Assembly (NCBI GenBank): GCA_001770205.1
Contig: MEQL01000039.1
Location: 322,787 to 386,786, forward strand
DNA: 64,000 bases
From: Bdellovibrionales bacterium RIFOXYD12_FULL_39_22
Lineage (GTDB): Bacteria; Bdellovibrionota; Bacteriovoracia; Bacteriovoracales; Bacteriovoracaceae
Direction: 5' to 3'
Shown here: positions 41,465-52,257 of the stretch, piece after piece
Layout of the letters: the number at the start of each line of letters is the position of its first letter
Position numbering within the stretch: the stretch's first letter is position 1
Notes under the pieces: model-generated
Told to the model about the DNA's origin: nothing
The model's database searches: none
Seen by the model: the letters and a program-made list of their open reading frames with translations, nothing else
Position numbers and translations under genes: made by a program

Positions 41465-42844
41465 TTAAATTCCTAAAAAGTGCACATCCATTAAATCATG
41501 GTTTATTGAAATTGCTAAGACAAAACCGATGAAAAAATAGATGGCCATGATTATATTTTGCATCCTGCTTGCGGTTATGGCCGAATCTTCTTTTTCGCTT
41601 ATTAAAAGTGAGGAAATTAGTTCACTATCCCCCTTAATAATATCTCGTAAGAATTGTCGCTTACTTATTATAAAAATAATTAATGCAAAAAAAACAATTC
41701 CCCGTTGCCAAGAAAAAACCAGGGCACCTCTTTGACGAAATTGGATTAACAATATTTCAAAAAAAACCAGTATCGCAAGATAAGACACCATCATCCCAAC
41801 CACTTCATACCGGAAACGCTTAAACATGCCAACTAGTCGCTCGCGATGATCATTGTTAAACACAGAAACGACTCTGAGCTGAATTGCCTTGGCCGTCACT
41901 GCCACCAGAGCAACTCCTAGGGAAGAAATGGCCAAATACTTCCCTTGAGAAATAAAATTAATTATCAACAAACCACCAACCAAAAACATGTTGTCAAAAT
42001 TGCCAAGACGAACCAATGATCGCTCCCAAAGCGACAATACACCACCCATTACAATCGAAATAATTAACAAGTTAACTATGGAAAGTTCTATTCCCATGTA
42101 CGGTAGGGCCAAATCTAATGTTTTAAAGTTCAACAAAATTCTTAAATAAAAAGTAAAAATAGAAATTTTTATAAGAATATCCTCAAATGGCCATTTCTTA
42201 GAATCATTATTTGTATTTTCCATATTAATAAACGGAAAAATATAGATATGACGGCCAAACAGTAATACCAGGGCCAGCATTGTTGGTTTTATGAAAGAAA
42301 AACTATTCTCCTTTGCCTGAATTACCTGCGTCAAATTGCCACCATCCAATAAAAAGATAAGGGTAATGCTGGCCATCATGGTTAAAAAAATTTTAATTTT
42401 TTCCCCGCGGTGCCATGAAAAAAATTTATCTTCAAATGAAAATAGTGAATCCAAAAGAAAAAACAACTCCAAAAAAACGATCATCCAAAGATTGTTGGCC
42501 GATATTGTAAAAAACGAAATTAACAAAAAAATTTGTTTTCTTGCCGTCCACTTTTCTATTTGTGCAACAGAAAATATAGCAAAAAAAATGATCAGCAAAA
42601 ATTTCATAGCATGGCCGACGCGATCTATGACAAAAAATGATTCAGATAGCGAAATGGCCGGATAGTTAAGTAATAGTCGCTGGCCTAAAACAAGTGCAAT
42701 TATGGCAATTGCAAAGTAATTGATAAAAGCTGCTATCTTGCTTCCTTTGTTTTTCCTGGTGAAAAAAAAAGTAAGTAAAATAGAGGACAACAGAACAATT
42801 TCTGGTAACAAATTATCGAGAATAAAAAACGTCTGCATCAGCAT
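41465..42844 (-). CDS. Second NuoN/antiporter-like membrane protein (very divergent)
   Basis: LLPEIVLL, FVIDRVG, SANNLWMIVFLELF resemble the NuoN N-terminal half; about 13 TM. Confidence 0.5.
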   Translation of the reverse strand: MLMQTFFILDNLLPEIVLLSSILLTFFFTRKNKGSKIAAFINYFAIAIIALVLGQRLLLNYPAISLSESFFVIDRVGHAMKFLLIIFFAIFSVAQIEKWTARKQIFLLISFFTISANNLWMIVFLELFFLLDSLFSFEDKFFSWHRGEKIKIFLTMMASITLIFLLDGGNLTQVIQAKENSFSFIKPTMLALVLLFGRHIYIFPFINMENTNNDSKKWPFEDILIKISIFTFYLRILLNFKTLDLALPYMGIELSIVNLLIISIVMGGVLSLWERSLVRLGNFDNMFLVGGLLIINFISQGKYLAISSLGVALVAVTAKAIQLRVVSVFNNDHRERLVGMFKRFRYEVVGMMVSYLAILVFFEILLIQFRQRGALVFSWQRGIVFFALIIFIISKRQFLRDIIKGDSELISSLLISEKEDSAITASRMQNIIMAIYFFIGFVLAISINHDLMDVHFLGI

Positions 42845-42993
42845 AATGTATATATTATTAATGCCGCTACGGCCAAAGAGGGTAGTAATGATTCTTTTCC
42901 GTCACCTGAAGAAGTTGCAATTCTTCCGAACAGATTAAGAAGCAAAAAAGGGGCAATAAATATTCTCTCCAGCGGCAATAGATACTTTTTCAT
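42838..42993 (-). CDS. Small 51-aa membrane protein heading the Nuo-like operon (below ORF-track cutoff)
   Basis: MKKYLLPLERIFIAPFLLLNLFGRIATSSGDGKESLLPSLAVAALIIYTLC; TGA overlaps next in-frame ATG (TGATG). Confidence 0.45.
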   Translation of the reverse strand: MKKYLLPLERIFIAPFLLLNLFGRIATSSGDGKESLLPSLAVAALIIYTLC

Positions 42994-43088
42994 ATTATCT
43001 TTCGTTTAATCTTGTATTTAGAATAACCTAGGCCTATCGTTATGGAAATATATATTGCGCTTTGTTTTTTTCTCGAGGATTACCATAT

Positions 43089-46000
43089 ATGCATGGCCTT
43101 AATCTGGTGGCCGAAAAAATTTTGAATTGGCACAAATCCTCTAACGTGCCCATGAAAATTTCTGGAATGGGGCCATCTGAATGGCACTTTTTTTATACCA
43201 ACTTTTTATTGAAAAGAAAAAAAGAAGAAATACCATCGCATCATTTAATTGTTTGCCCAACAGCAGATGTTTTAGAAGATGTCTATAGCAATTTAAAAAA
43301 AGCAATCCCCGATATTTTGATTTTTCCTGGCCATGAAATAAATCCCTTTTCAGAGGTTTTTTCATCTTCCCGAAATCTTTTTCAACGCTTTTTTGCCTTG
43401 GCAAAAATTTTACAAGGGCCAAATCCCATAATCCTTCTATGCACTCCAGAAGGACTTGTTTTGAAAAATCCACCACTTTCTTTTTTTTCAGAAAATAGTT
43501 TATTGATTTCTACTTCTGATATTATCTCCCCTGTCGATTTGGCGGCGCGACTGATAAGAATTGGATATTTTTCGTCAACTACTGTTGAAGAGCCGGGAAC
43601 TTTCTCTAGAAAGGGCGAAATTTTTGATATTTTTCCTACGCTCGGTGGGCCTGTTCGTTTGCATTATTTTGATGAAATGATTGAAGATATTTTCTTAATT
43701 GACCAACAAACCAACAAATCAATTCGAGAGAAAAAACTTAAAGATATTTTTATTCCCCCGGCACCTGGAATTTTCACTAATGATCCGTTCCGTTCACAGC
43801 TTCGCGAAAACTTGCCGATGCCTTCTCCTTTGTTTAAGCGACGACATGAGGCACGAAAAGAGTTGTTACAGTCTTTGGCAAATGGCCGTCTTTTTGACAA
43901 TTATCCACTTTTTGTCTCTTCCTTTTTTGCTGAACATTCTACTCTTTTAGATTTTTTTACCACCCCAAATGGTTTGATAACTTTTATCTCCGCAGATGAA
44001 TCTGTTCGTTCACAGACAGAAGAGTTTGAACTAATTCGTGCAGACTATGCGCGCCGTCTTGCCGATTCTGAAGATGAAATGGTTACCCCTTCTCCCGAGA
44101 AAATATATGACCTAGATAGATTTGCTAAAATTGATTCAATAAAGGCATTGCAGGTAAACAGTGTTGCGATGGATGCTCTTACTTGCGATCTTGATAATAG
44201 CATCGCTGTGCAAATGGAGTCGGCCCGCATTTTCTTAAACAACCATGTCAATCCAGCGCAAGACAAGTTTGAATATTTTAATCAACTTTTTGATTTTTTT
44301 AAAACCCACTTCCAATATAACGGAAATATAATTTTTCTATATGAAAACATCAACGCCAAAGAAGAAATTGCCTTTTTAATTGATGGCCACGCTTTTTCTT
44401 CGGAACTGCTGTCACGAATTTCATATCAACAGTTTTCTCTTGATCAGGGTTTTTACTATTTTGCAGAAAAGTTATTAGTTCTAACTTCTGCAGATCTTTT
44501 TTCAAAAAAGCGCAACAAGGCCAAGGCCACAAGACAAATTAATATTGATCTTTTCGCCGAACAAATGGCATCCCTCGTTCCTGGCGATTATGTAATCCAC
44601 AGCACACATGGACTTGGCCAGTATTTAGGTCTGGAGGCAATGCAGGTTGGAAGCAGTACCTCAGATTTTTTAGTTTTACTTTATGATGAAAACGATAAGA
44701 TCTATGTTCCTGTTTATAAGATTAACCTGATCCAAAAAAGTGCACCAGCTACTGCCGGCCTAAAATTAAATAACCTTCGCTCAAAAAAGTTTCAACAAAT
44801 TAAAGAACGAGCAAAAAACGCGGCCAAAGAACTGGCCTTTGATCTTTTAAAATTACAGGCCGAACGAAAGTCATCACCGGCGTTTGCCTTTTCCCCTCCG
44901 GACCACCATTTTAAAGAGTTCGAATTGGCCTTTCCTTTCAATGAGACAAAGGATCAAGTTTCTGCCATTAACAATGTTCTTGACGCCATGCAGGCACCAA
45001 CACCGATGGATCACTTGGTTTGTGGCGATGTAGGTTTTGGTAAAACAGAAGTAGCAATGCGTGCGGCCTTTAAGGCCGTGCTTGATGGAAAACAGGTGGC
45101 CATTTTAGTTCCTACCACTATTTTAGCGCTACAGCACTATAACTCTTTTGTAGAACGTTTCGCCAACTTCCCAGTTAAAATAGATTTTCTTTCTCGCTTC
45201 AAGTCCGCCCCGCAGGCAAAAAAATTGAAAGAGGATTTGGCCGAAGGGAAAGTAGATATTGTCATTGGTACTCACATGTTGCTTGCTGATTCTATGAAAT
45301 TTAAAAGTCTAGGACTTGTTGTCGTTGATGAAGAGCAGCGATTTGGGGTAGGCCATAAAGAAAAACTAAAATTAATGAAAGCAACTTTGGATTTTTTAAC
45401 GCTAACGGCAACTCCGATTCCTAGAACTTTGCAGTTGGCATTTTTGGGACTACGCGATCTCTCCTTAATCCAGACAGCACCTCCAAAGCGACAATCAATA
45501 AAAACTTATTTGATAAAAGAGGACTTCAACACTATCAAGCATGCACTTGAACAAGAACTGGCCCGCGGCGGCCAAGTATTTTATGTACATAATCGCGTCA
45601 ACGATATTGAGATGGTACGAGAAGAAATTATAAAAATGGTTCCAACTGCCAAAATCGTGGTGGCGCATGGCCAACTTCCTGAGCGACAATTAGAAGAAAA
45701 AATTTCTGCTTTTTACTCTGGGAAATATCATATTTTACTATCCACAACTATCATTGAATCTGGAATCGATATTCCAAATGCTAACACCATGATAATTAAC
45801 CGCGCGGATACCTTCGGCCTGGCCCAACTCCATCAGTTACGTGGCCGCATCGGCCGCTCTGACCGCAAGGCCTACGCCTATTTTGTTATTCCCAAAGAGA
45901 AAAAACTAACCACAATTGCGGAACAAAGATTAAAAGCATTACAAACTTACGCCGATATGGGATCTGGATTTTCAATTGCTTCTTCTGATTTGGAAATTCG

Positions 46001-46580
46001 TGGGGCCGGCGACATCTTAGGAGCGTCACAGTCTGGCCATATTGAAGAAGTGGGCCTAGAGCTTTATATGGAGCTTTTAAAAGAGGCCATCGCCGAGCTG
46101 AAGGGAGAGCAAAGACGAGTTTCCCGCGATTTGGAAATATCAACTCCTTTCCCGGCCTATATTCCGCACTCATACATCACAGATTCAGCAGAGCGGTTGC
46201 GCATTTATAAAAAATTATCTAACTGCACCGATCTAAGCGTCCTATATCAAATTATTGACGATATTTCTGATATTTTTGGAAGTTTTCCAGAAGAGATTAA
46301 AAACTTGTTCACAATTATTGAGGCAAAAATTATTCTCGGCCCCTGCGCTTTAAAATCCATTGCGGTGGCCGGATCTACTTTGACCTTTAAGTTTGACCGC
46401 GAGGCCATTGACAAGGATACTGCTCTTCGTGATCGAATTGTTAAGCTTTTTACCTCTCGACCAAAAGTTTACAAAATTAATCCCGACTATAGCGTTATAT
46501 ATGGCCACCGAGAAGTTATCTCTCAAGAAGTTTTATTAAAAATCTCAAAAGATGTTGCGGAGCAACTGGTAAAATGTTAA
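43089..46580 (+). CDS. mfd: Transcription-repair coupling factor
   Basis: GEIFDIFP, VIHSTHGLG (RID), CGDVGFGKTEVA, DEEQRFG, TATPIPRTL, QLRGRIGR, DLEIRGAG; probable ATG 43089. Confidence 0.97.
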   Translation: MHGLNLVAEKILNWHKSSNVPMKISGMGPSEWHFFYTNFLLKRKKEEIPSHHLIVCPTADVLEDVYSNLKKAIPDILIFPGHEINPFSEVFSSSRNLFQRFFALAKILQGPNPIILLCTPEGLVLKNPPLSFFSENSLLISTSDIISPVDLAARLIRIGYFSSTTVEEPGTFSRKGEIFDIFPTLGGPVRLHYFDEMIEDIFLIDQQTNKSIREKKLKDIFIPPAPGIFTNDPFRSQLRENLPMPSPLFKRRHEARKELLQSLANGRLFDNYPLFVSSFFAEHSTLLDFFTTPNGLITFISADESVRSQTEEFELIRADYARRLADSEDEMVTPSPEKIYDLDRFAKIDSIKALQVNSVAMDALTCDLDNSIAVQMESARIFLNNHVNPAQDKFEYFNQLFDFFKTHFQYNGNIIFLYENINAKEEIAFLIDGHAFSSELLSRISYQQFSLDQGFYYFAEKLLVLTSADLFSKKRNKAKATRQINIDLFAEQMASLVPGDYVIHSTHGLGQYLGLEAMQVGSSTSDFLVLLYDENDKIYVPVYKINLIQKSAPATAGLKLNNLRSKKFQQIKERAKNAAKELAFDLLKLQAERKSSPAFAFSPPDHHFKEFELAFPFNETKDQVSAINNVLDAMQAPTPMDHLVCGDVGFGKTEVAMRAAFKAVLDGKQVAILVPTTILALQHYNSFVERFANFPVKIDFLSRFKSAPQAKKLKEDLAEGKVDIVIGTHMLLADSMKFKSLGLVVVDEEQRFGVGHKEKLKLMKATLDFLTLTATPIPRTLQLAFLGLRDLSLIQTAPPKRQSIKTYLIKEDFNTIKHALEQELARGGQVFYVHNRVNDIEMVREEIIKMVPTAKIVVAHGQLPERQLEEKISAFYSGKYHILLSTTIIESGIDIPNANTMIINRADTFGLAQLHQLRGRIGRSDRKAYAYFVIPKEKKLTTIAEQRLKALQTYADMGSGFSIASSDLEIRGAGDILGASQSGHIEEVGLELYMELLKEAIAELKGEQRRVSRDLEISTPFPAYIPHSYITDSAERLRIYKKLSNCTDLSVLYQIIDDISDIFGSFPEEIKNLFTIIEAKIILGPCALKSIAVAGSTLTFKFDREAIDKDTALRDRIVKLFTSRPKVYKINPDYSVIYGHREVISQEVLLKISKDVAEQLVKC

Positions 46581-46635
46581 TTTTTTACTAATATTATTTG
46601 TTATTTCTAATGGGTAACAATTTATCAAAGGACTT

Positions 46636-47460
46636 ATGATGAATTATCTTTTCTCTTTTTTCATCCTTTTCTCTATTCCTTTTTCAACAATGGCCCGGCC
46701 AAGTAATCCCAATGCGGTGGTTGCCTCCATCAATGGTACAAAAATTCTCGCTGGTGAATTAGAGGTTGCCTATCAGCAAAATGCTCTTTTTGTTTCGGAC
46801 AAAAAGGTAACTCGCGAGTCAGTATTGTTGGATCTTATTAATCGCGAACTAGGCATCCAAAAGGCCAAACAAGCTAAACTAGAAAATGATCCTACGGTCA
46901 AATATAAAATGGAAGATATTCTTTTTCATGCACAGGTTTCAAAAGACCTCGAGGGCAAGCTAAAAGAGATTGTTGTAACTGATAAAGATTTAAAGGACTA
47001 CTACGTTAAATTCCCAGAATATCGCACGGCCCACATTCTTTTTCGCACTACGATCAATCCCAAAGACGATGAAGTAAAGGCCGCCTTAGCACAGTCGCTA
47101 AAAGTTTACGAGGAACTGCGTAAATCTCCTGAGAAATTTCCAGAAATGGCCAATCGCTTCTCTCAGAGCAGCACCGCTCCGGCCGGAGGAGATATGGGTT
47201 TTCAACCGGCCAAAGCACTTGCTCCAGAATATTTCAAGGCCATAAATGGAAAACCAGTTGGCTATATTGCTCCACCAGTGCATACCGCTTTTGGATTTCA
47301 TATTGTCAAAATTTTGGCCATTAATTCTTTCGACCAAATTAATGTTGCCTATTATAAAAAAATTATCCACGATATTAAACGCGATGAAATTATGGAGCAG
47401 TATTTCGCTGCGCAACGCAAAAGTGCTAAAATTGAAATTGACAAGAAGATGCTAGAATAG
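46636..47460 (+). CDS. Exported PpiC-type (parvulin) peptidyl-prolyl isomerase
   Basis: Signal peptide; RTAHIL, GGDMG, HTAFGFHIVK. Confidence 0.88.
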   Translation: MMNYLFSFFILFSIPFSTMARPSNPNAVVASINGTKILAGELEVAYQQNALFVSDKKVTRESVLLDLINRELGIQKAKQAKLENDPTVKYKMEDILFHAQVSKDLEGKLKEIVVTDKDLKDYYVKFPEYRTAHILFRTTINPKDDEVKAALAQSLKVYEELRKSPEKFPEMANRFSQSSTAPAGGDMGFQPAKALAPEYFKAINGKPVGYIAPPVHTAFGFHIVKILAINSFDQINVAYYKKIIHDIKRDEIMEQYFAAQRKSAKIEIDKKMLE

Positions 47461-47467
47461 GGCCATT

Positions 47468-48388
47468 ATGAACATACTTTTACTTTTTACTTTGTTTTTT
47501 TCTTTTCTTGTCTCTCCGCTTCGTGCAGAGTTGCTGGATAAAATCGTTGCTGTTATTGATGATGAGGTAGTTTCTCTTTCGCAAATCAATCAAATCAAAA
47601 GCAATCTTGCTTCTCGCAAAACCATCTCCCCAATTGTTTATTCCAATGAAAAGATGACCGACCAACAAATAGTTGACACGATTATAAATGGCCGCTTATC
47701 CCGAGACAAGCTTAATGAAGTTGGTATTGTTATTGCTGATGAGATGGTAGAAGAGCAAATAAAGTTAACGGAGCAACGCCTAGGTCTTTCTAGGTCAGAT
47801 CTTTTACAATACTTAGAAAGCAATCGATTAACCTTTGATGAATATTTTGAACTAACTCGGGAGGCAATGGAAAATCAATATTTTCATCAAAAAGTCATTC
47901 GTCCACTGATCTCCATTACTGAACAAGAAGTTAAGAATGAATTTTACAAAAAAAATGTCAACAACCAAACCCTGGCATTTCGTTACAATCTAGTAGATTT
48001 TTCACTTCCTAAGGCCAGCGTTACTGGCGATATGTTGAAACATTTCAAGGATGTTTTAACCAATTTTCAAATATCCGGTGATCTTCCTAAAGAGTTTAAA
48101 AGTTTGGAGACCAACGTTATCGGCGATATAACAGAAGATGGCCTCGCAAAAAATTTAAAAGATCTTTTAAAAGTCACTGATGAGGGCAAGTTTAGTGATC
48201 CTCTTTCCCTCGGAGACGGCAAGCAACATGTTTTTTATGTAAAGAAAAAGGATCTGGTTGAATCTGAACTTTTCATTAAGCAGAAGATGGAAATTCAGGC
48301 GGAACTATTTTATAAGCAGTCAAAAATAACGGAAGAAGTTTGGTTTCAGCGAGAACGTAATAAGCATTATATTAAAACTTTTTTTTAA
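47468..48388 (+). CDS. SurA N-terminal-domain chaperone
   Basis: Signal peptide; LLDKIVAVIDDEVV; position between parvulin gene and pdxA. Confidence 0.75.
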   Translation: MNILLLFTLFFSFLVSPLRAELLDKIVAVIDDEVVSLSQINQIKSNLASRKTISPIVYSNEKMTDQQIVDTIINGRLSRDKLNEVGIVIADEMVEEQIKLTEQRLGLSRSDLLQYLESNRLTFDEYFELTREAMENQYFHQKVIRPLISITEQEVKNEFYKKNVNNQTLAFRYNLVDFSLPKASVTGDMLKHFKDVLTNFQISGDLPKEFKSLETNVIGDITEDGLAKNLKDLLKVTDEGKFSDPLSLGDGKQHVFYVKKKDLVESELFIKQKMEIQAELFYKQSKITEEVWFQRERNKHYIKTFF

Positions 48389-48401
48389 TACTTTGTAGAT
48401 T

Positions 48402-49340
48402 ATGATTATTGTCTCACAGGGACATGAAAGGTCTATAGCATTAGAGGTTTTTTTTAAAAGCTCTCTCTTGCTTTCTCCTCGTGAACTATCACAAATTTTA
48501 TTAGTGGCCGACGAAAGTTCCATTGCTAAAAATTTAGAAGATTTACGGTTTAAATTTAGCATTAAAAACAAAAGCATTATTATTAATAAGAAAATTATTC
48601 CTTTTCATGCCACAACAAGCTCTCTCGTTCCACTTTCTACTAATTCTTTGTCGACGGCACTGTCTCTTATAAATCCAATACGGGATGTTTTGTTGACATT
48701 ACCGACCTCCAAAGATCAGCTCTCAATCGGGAAAAAGCAACTGGCCGGATATACCGAGTATTTGCGTGAACACTTTGCTAATCAATTTTTGGCCATGAAT
48801 TTTGTGGCCGACAAGCATCAAATAATGCTTGTTACTGATCACTTGCCTCTTAAGCAAGTATCCTCGACTATTAATTCCAATTTAATTGTGCAAAAGAGTA
48901 TTCTTTCTCTCGATGGTTACCATAAATTTTTTCAAACTATTAATGAGATTTATTTTGCGGGCATTAATCCTCATGCTGGAGAAGCTGGAATTTTAGGAAA
49001 TGAAGATCGTGTTGTTTCTGAAGCAATTAAAGTTTTGGCGCAAAAGTATCCCTCTAAAAAATTCCATGGCCCTCTTTCGGGAGATACACTTCATACTATT
49101 TCACCTCTAAGCAATCGCTTATTTGTTTATATGTTTCACGACCAGGGATTGGCCCCCTTTAAGGCCCTCCATGGTTTCACTGGACTTAATGTTTCTCTCG
49201 GACTACCTTTCTTGCGATTAAGCGTTGACCATGGCACGGCCTTTTCTCTTTACGGAAAAGGAAATGCCGATCATTCCGGCTGCTCTTTTGTTTTAGCGCA
49301 GGCACTTTCGGTCAACCAAAAACTTGCAAGAGGTGAGTGA
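48402..49340 (+). CDS. pdxA: 4-hydroxythreonine-4-phosphate dehydrogenase family protein
   Basis: TDHLPL, GINPHAGE, MFHDQGL, GLPFLRLSVDHGTAF. Confidence 0.88.
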   Translation: MIIVSQGHERSIALEVFFKSSLLLSPRELSQILLVADESSIAKNLEDLRFKFSIKNKSIIINKKIIPFHATTSSLVPLSTNSLSTALSLINPIRDVLLTLPTSKDQLSIGKKQLAGYTEYLREHFANQFLAMNFVADKHQIMLVTDHLPLKQVSSTINSNLIVQKSILSLDGYHKFFQTINEIYFAGINPHAGEAGILGNEDRVVSEAIKVLAQKYPSKKFHGPLSGDTLHTISPLSNRLFVYMFHDQGLAPFKALHGFTGLNVSLGLPFLRLSVDHGTAFSLYGKGNADHSGCSFVLAQALSVNQKLARGE

Positions 49341-52165
49341 TGGCCATAAATGAAATTCAAATCACTGGCGCGCGCGTTCACAACCTAAAAAATATCTCTC
49401 TGGCTATTCCCAAAAATAAACTAGTCGTAATCTCTGGCCCTTCTGGTTCGGGAAAATCTTCCCTGGCCTTTGATACTCTCTATGTTGAGGGCCAACGCCG
49501 CTACATTGAATCACTTTCCTCTTATGCTCGCCAATTTTTAGAACAGTTTCAGCCTCCGGAAGTAGAATCTATCTCCGGCCTCTCTCCGGCCATAGCCATA
49601 AACCAAGGAACCTCCAGTCGAAATCCTCGCTCTACCGTTGGAACCATCACCGAAATATACGACTACCTTCGTATTCTTTATGCACGAATTGGAAAATTAT
49701 ATTGCCCTACTTCCAATATTGAAATTCGCAAATATTCTCCAACTCAAGTGGCCAATGAAATTTTAAATCATGAACTGGGGGCCAAGATAATTATCTTTGC
49801 TCCTCTTTATTCTAAGCTGGGAGAAAATATTCCCGAAAAACTACATCGCGCTATTGCCCAAGGATTTACCCGAGCACGTCTTAATAATGAAATCATTTCC
49901 CTCGAAGAAGTTAGTACTCCCAAAGAATTATCACAAATTGATATTGTAATTGACCGAGTTATTCTCAAGGCCGATATAAAAAAACGTTTAGTTGATTCCA
50001 TTGAATTAGCAATGAAGTTTTGTGATGGCAATGTACTAGTCGATATCTCTGGAAAGAATTTTCTCTTTAGTGAGAAGAATGTTTCTCCGGCCACTTTTGA
50101 AGTTTTTCCTCCTCTATCTCCTCAACTTTTTTCTTTTAATTCTCCCGTGGGAGCATGCCATACCTGTAAGGGAATTGGCTCTAGTCGCCTTTTTAGCATG
50201 GAAAAAATGATTCTAGATAAATCACTCTCCATAGCAGATGGCGCCATTCGTGCCCTTTCAAAGCGCAACTCTTTTTTTTATAAAATGGTGCAGACGGTGG
50301 CAGAAATTGAGGGCGTAGATTTGGCCACCAGCTATCGTCATCTTCCTAAAAGCTTTATTAAAATTTTATGGCATGGTACCTCCAAAAAGTATGAATTTGT
50401 TTTTACTTCTGAGAATTCACAATTTAATTTTACCAAACCGTTCGAAGGTATTTTATCCTTCTTAGATCGCAAATATCTCGATTCGGCCACCGATAAAAAA
50501 CGTCTGGAACTTGAGGCATTTATGTCCATTCAAACTTGCCCCGATTGTGCTGGACGAAAGTTAAATCCCATTGCTCTTTCCACTCGCATTGGGGAATGCA
50601 ATATTTCTGAGCTGGCGGAAATGACTATCGCCGATCTTTATCTTTTTATTACCACCTTAAAGCTTGATAATCATACCAGTGAGATTGCAAAAAATTTATT
50701 AAAAGAGATTCGCAATCGTTTACAATTTCTTTTAGATGTTGGCCTTCATTATTTAACACTTAGTAGAAATGCCGCCTCTTTGGCGGGAGGAGAGGCCCAA
50801 CGCATTCGTCTAGCAACTCAAATTGGCTCATCGCTCACTGGTGTTTTATATATATTAGATGAACCAAGCATTGGATTGCACCCGCGCGATACTCATCGCC
50901 TAATTAATACTCTGATTAATTTAAAAAACCTGGGTAATACCGTCATCGTAGTTGAACATGACCTCGAAGTTATAAATAGTGCCGACTACTTAATTGATTT
51001 TGGCCCAGAGGCCGGTAGTCGAGGAGGAGAGATAACTGCGGCCGGCACCCTGGATGAGATTCGTAATGCTACTCATTTTCCGCACTCAAAAACTGCCCAG
51101 CTTTTGGCCAATACCCTTTCTATCGCCGTTCCGGCCACTCGCAACGTCAGTACTAATTTTTTAAAAATTTTTGGTGTCAACAAAAACAATCTCAAAAACA
51201 TTGACGTGGAAATTCCACTTAACTCTTTTGTCTGTCTTACCGGCGTTAGTGGCTCTGGGAAATCAACACTCATGCACCAAGTTTTAGTTCCGGCAGTGCG
51301 TAACAGTCTAAGTAAAAAATCCTCCCTTGAACAATCCACGAATTATCGCGCTATTTCTGGCATTGGCCAGCTGAAGGGGATTATAGAATTAGACCAAGGG
51401 CCCATTGGCCGCACTCCTAATTCAAACCCTGCGACCTACACAGGAATTTTTGATGAAATTCGTAAAATTTTTGCAATGTCTAATGAATCCAAACTCCGAG
51501 GTTATTCTGCTGGCCGCTTTAGTTTCAATGTTAAAGGTGGCCGCTGTGAAGAGTGTGAGGGCGATGGTGTAAAAAAAATTGAAATGCACTTTCTTCCCGA
51601 TGTTTATATCAAGTGTAACGAATGCAACGGTACTCGCTATAACCAAGAAACTCTTTCCATTCTCTATAAGGGAAAAAATATTCACGATGTATTACACATG
51701 ACAGTGGCCGAAGCAATGGACTTTTTTTCTAATCATCCTAAAATTTATAAAACTCTTTCAACCCTCAATGATGTTGGCCTTTCCTATTTGCAGCTTGGCC
51801 AGCCGGCCAACACTCTTTCTGGCGGCGAAGCACAACGCTTAAAACTTTCTCGTGAACTCTCACGCAAAACTTATGGCAATACTCTTTACATTTTAGATGA
51901 GCCTTCAACCGGCCTGCATATCTATGATATTAAAATTTTACTCTCTGCTTTGATGAATTTAGTAAAAAATGGTAATTCCGTATTAGTCATTGAGCATAAT
52001 ATCGAAATTATCAAAACCGCAGACTACATAATTGATCTGGGCCCCGAAGGCGGTGCCGGCGGCGGTGAATTGGTGGCCTTTGGAACTCCCGAGCAAATTT
52101 GCCAAACGGCCGCAACACAAAACTCACATACTGTTAAATATCTGGCATCTGCGCTTACTCGTTAA
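49337..52165 (+). CDS. uvrA: Excinuclease ABC subunit A
   Basis: [41 protein letters not shown], zinc fingers, second ABC domain. Confidence 0.98.
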   Translation: MMAINEIQITGARVHNLKNISLAIPKNKLVVISGPSGSGKSSLAFDTLYVEGQRRYIESLSSYARQFLEQFQPPEVESISGLSPAIAINQGTSSRNPRSTVGTITEIYDYLRILYARIGKLYCPTSNIEIRKYSPTQVANEILNHELGAKIIIFAPLYSKLGENIPEKLHRAIAQGFTRARLNNEIISLEEVSTPKELSQIDIVIDRVILKADIKKRLVDSIELAMKFCDGNVLVDISGKNFLFSEKNVSPATFEVFPPLSPQLFSFNSPVGACHTCKGIGSSRLFSMEKMILDKSLSIADGAIRALSKRNSFFYKMVQTVAEIEGVDLATSYRHLPKSFIKILWHGTSKKYEFVFTSENSQFNFTKPFEGILSFLDRKYLDSATDKKRLELEAFMSIQTCPDCAGRKLNPIALSTRIGECNISELAEMTIADLYLFITTLKLDNHTSEIAKNLLKEIRNRLQFLLDVGLHYLTLSRNAASLAGGEAQRIRLATQIGSSLTGVLYILDEPSIGLHPRDTHRLINTLINLKNLGNTVIVVEHDLEVINSADYLIDFGPEAGSRGGEITAAGTLDEIRNATHFPHSKTAQLLANTLSIAVPATRNVSTNFLKIFGVNKNNLKNIDVEIPLNSFVCLTGVSGSGKSTLMHQVLVPAVRNSLSKKSSLEQSTNYRAISGIGQLKGIIELDQGPIGRTPNSNPATYTGIFDEIRKIFAMSNESKLRGYSAGRFSFNVKGGRCEECEGDGVKKIEMHFLPDVYIKCNECNGTRYNQETLSILYKGKNIHDVLHMTVAEAMDFFSNHPKIYKTLSTLNDVGLSYLQLGQPANTLSGGEAQRLKLSRELSRKTYGNTLYILDEPSTGLHIYDIKILLSALMNLVKNGNSVLVIEHNIEIIKTADYIIDLGPEGGAGGGELVAFGTPEQICQTAATQNSHTVKYLASALTR

Positions 52166-52257
52166 TAGCTAAGAAATTCATTTCGCGAAAAATTTACACA
52201 CCACTTTTCTTTTCAAAGACCTATAGATATCTTGGGAAAAAAAATTGGGAGAAATTT

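Noticed and set aside
34570..42844. Calling the membrane cluster a standard nuo or mrp operon with gene symbols
   Set aside because: A NuoH-like gene and the A-H-J-K-L-M-N order argue against Mrp, while absent B/C/D/I genes and lost motifs argue against asserting canonical Nuo function.
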